Source: Amphiscolops sp. MND2022 (lineage: Eukaryota). From it: a DNA stretch of 64,000 nt. Below the pieces are notes generated by a model. It was given only the letters and a program-made list of their open reading frames with translations, was not told the origin of the DNA and did no database searches. Below are positions 63,477-64,000 of the stretch, piece after piece; positions within the stretch are counted from its first letter, which is position 1; every line of letters begins with the position of its first letter. The stretch spans positions 92,568,001 to 92,632,000 of the forward strand of contig OZ076409.1 of the NCBI GenBank assembly GCA_964187785.1, given 5' to 3'. The translations under genes and the position numbers were made by a program.

Positions 63477-64000
63477 TTAAATCCTTGGAAAAGGATTGTT
63501 GAGGTCGTTCTATTTTTGGTTTTATAGGTTTTCTAGCTTGTTTGTAAGCTTCGATAACCTTCTTTTGGGCTTCGGTGAGGTTCCACTTCGGTGGTCGGTT
63601 GTCCATGTTGGCGCCGAAGTAGCAGTTTTCTTCTTCATGACCGGGAGTATTGCAGTTTTGGCATTTCTCAGCATCCGGGTCCTCTTCAAGTTTACGCCGT
63701 TTTGCTAGCTTGGGGCAGTCAGCCATCATATGGCCCGTCTCTTTGCAGTAACGGCATTGGTCATTTTTGAGTGTCTTGTTAGGTACTGTTTTTGGAGTCT
63801 GTGCTTTAGACTTCTCATTTTGTTTTTTAGTTGGTTTTTCAGCATTTTGCTCTTTTTTGGTGACGGTCATTTGGGTCTTGACCGAGGTTTCGTCTGCTTC
63901 CAAACCATTTAGCTCCATCTCCCTCTCGAGATGTTTAACGATCTGGTCGTATATGCCGTTCTCGAGATAGGCTTGGTTGATGGATTTTTTAAGGTGAGGG
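63472..64000 (-). CDS. gag: gag C-terminal part of element D (truncated by the window)
   Basis: YDQIVKHLEREMELNGL matches A YEEIVAHLERELELNAL; CRYCKETGHMMADC and CQNCNTPGHEEENC knuckles. Confidence 0.9.
   Translation of the reverse strand, partial: PHLKKSINQAYLENGIYDQIVKHLEREMELNGLEADETSVKTQMTVTKKEQNAEKPTKKQNEKSKAQTPKTVPNKTLKNDQCRYCKETGHMMADCPKLAKRRKLEEDPDAEKCQNCNTPGHEEENCYFGANMDNRPPKWNLTEAQKKVIEAYKQARKPIKPKIERPQQSFSKDLN
63475..63481 (-). promoter_or_regulatory. -1 frameshift heptamer T_TTA_AAC at the gag/pol junction of D
   Basis: GAT TTA AAC TAG; the -1 frame is open into pol (KLETPRL..WQRQVD). Confidence 0.78.

Larger units (their letters stand above)
49783..64000 (-). mobile_element. 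Element D: long-LTR Gypsy with accessory genes; 5' part lies beyond the window
   Basis: 3' LTR, ORF3, antisense gene, pol and gag end in the same order as element A. Confidence 0.92.

Noticed and set aside
22353..63970. Numerous short ORFs overlapping gag/pol on the opposite strand or in other frames
   Set aside because: Shadow ORFs with no motif conservation between related elements

Overview
AT-rich eukaryotic (animal-like) DNA dominated by transposable elements; no confident host gene. Main content: four members of an unusual long-LTR Ty3/Gypsy family. A (9..12347, +) has both LTRs and a CTATT TSD but has lost RT/RNaseH/IN. B (29358..30864, -) is a collapsed LTR+PBS, C (35354..37089, -) a solo LTR, and D (49783..>64000, -) keeps a full but disrupted pol. 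Family architecture: (i) 1.5-1.7 kb LTRs that code at both ends (Gag starts ~550 nt inside the LTR and reads through the PBS; an accessory ORF3 reads through the PPT into the LTR start); (ii) a -1 slippery site at the gag/pol junction; (iii) an antisense, spliceosomal-intron-containing gene for a BED-like Zn-finger, hAT-transposase-like protein, with intron positions shared between the highly diverged A and D; (iv) ~32-bp-period CCGCATA arrays in non-coding parts of D and B. Also present: two conventional short-LTR Gypsy elements (22014..27011, 40190..46109), a decayed BEL/Pao remnant, several MITE-like elements and tandem repeats. All family assignments come from motifs read by eye, not database searches.
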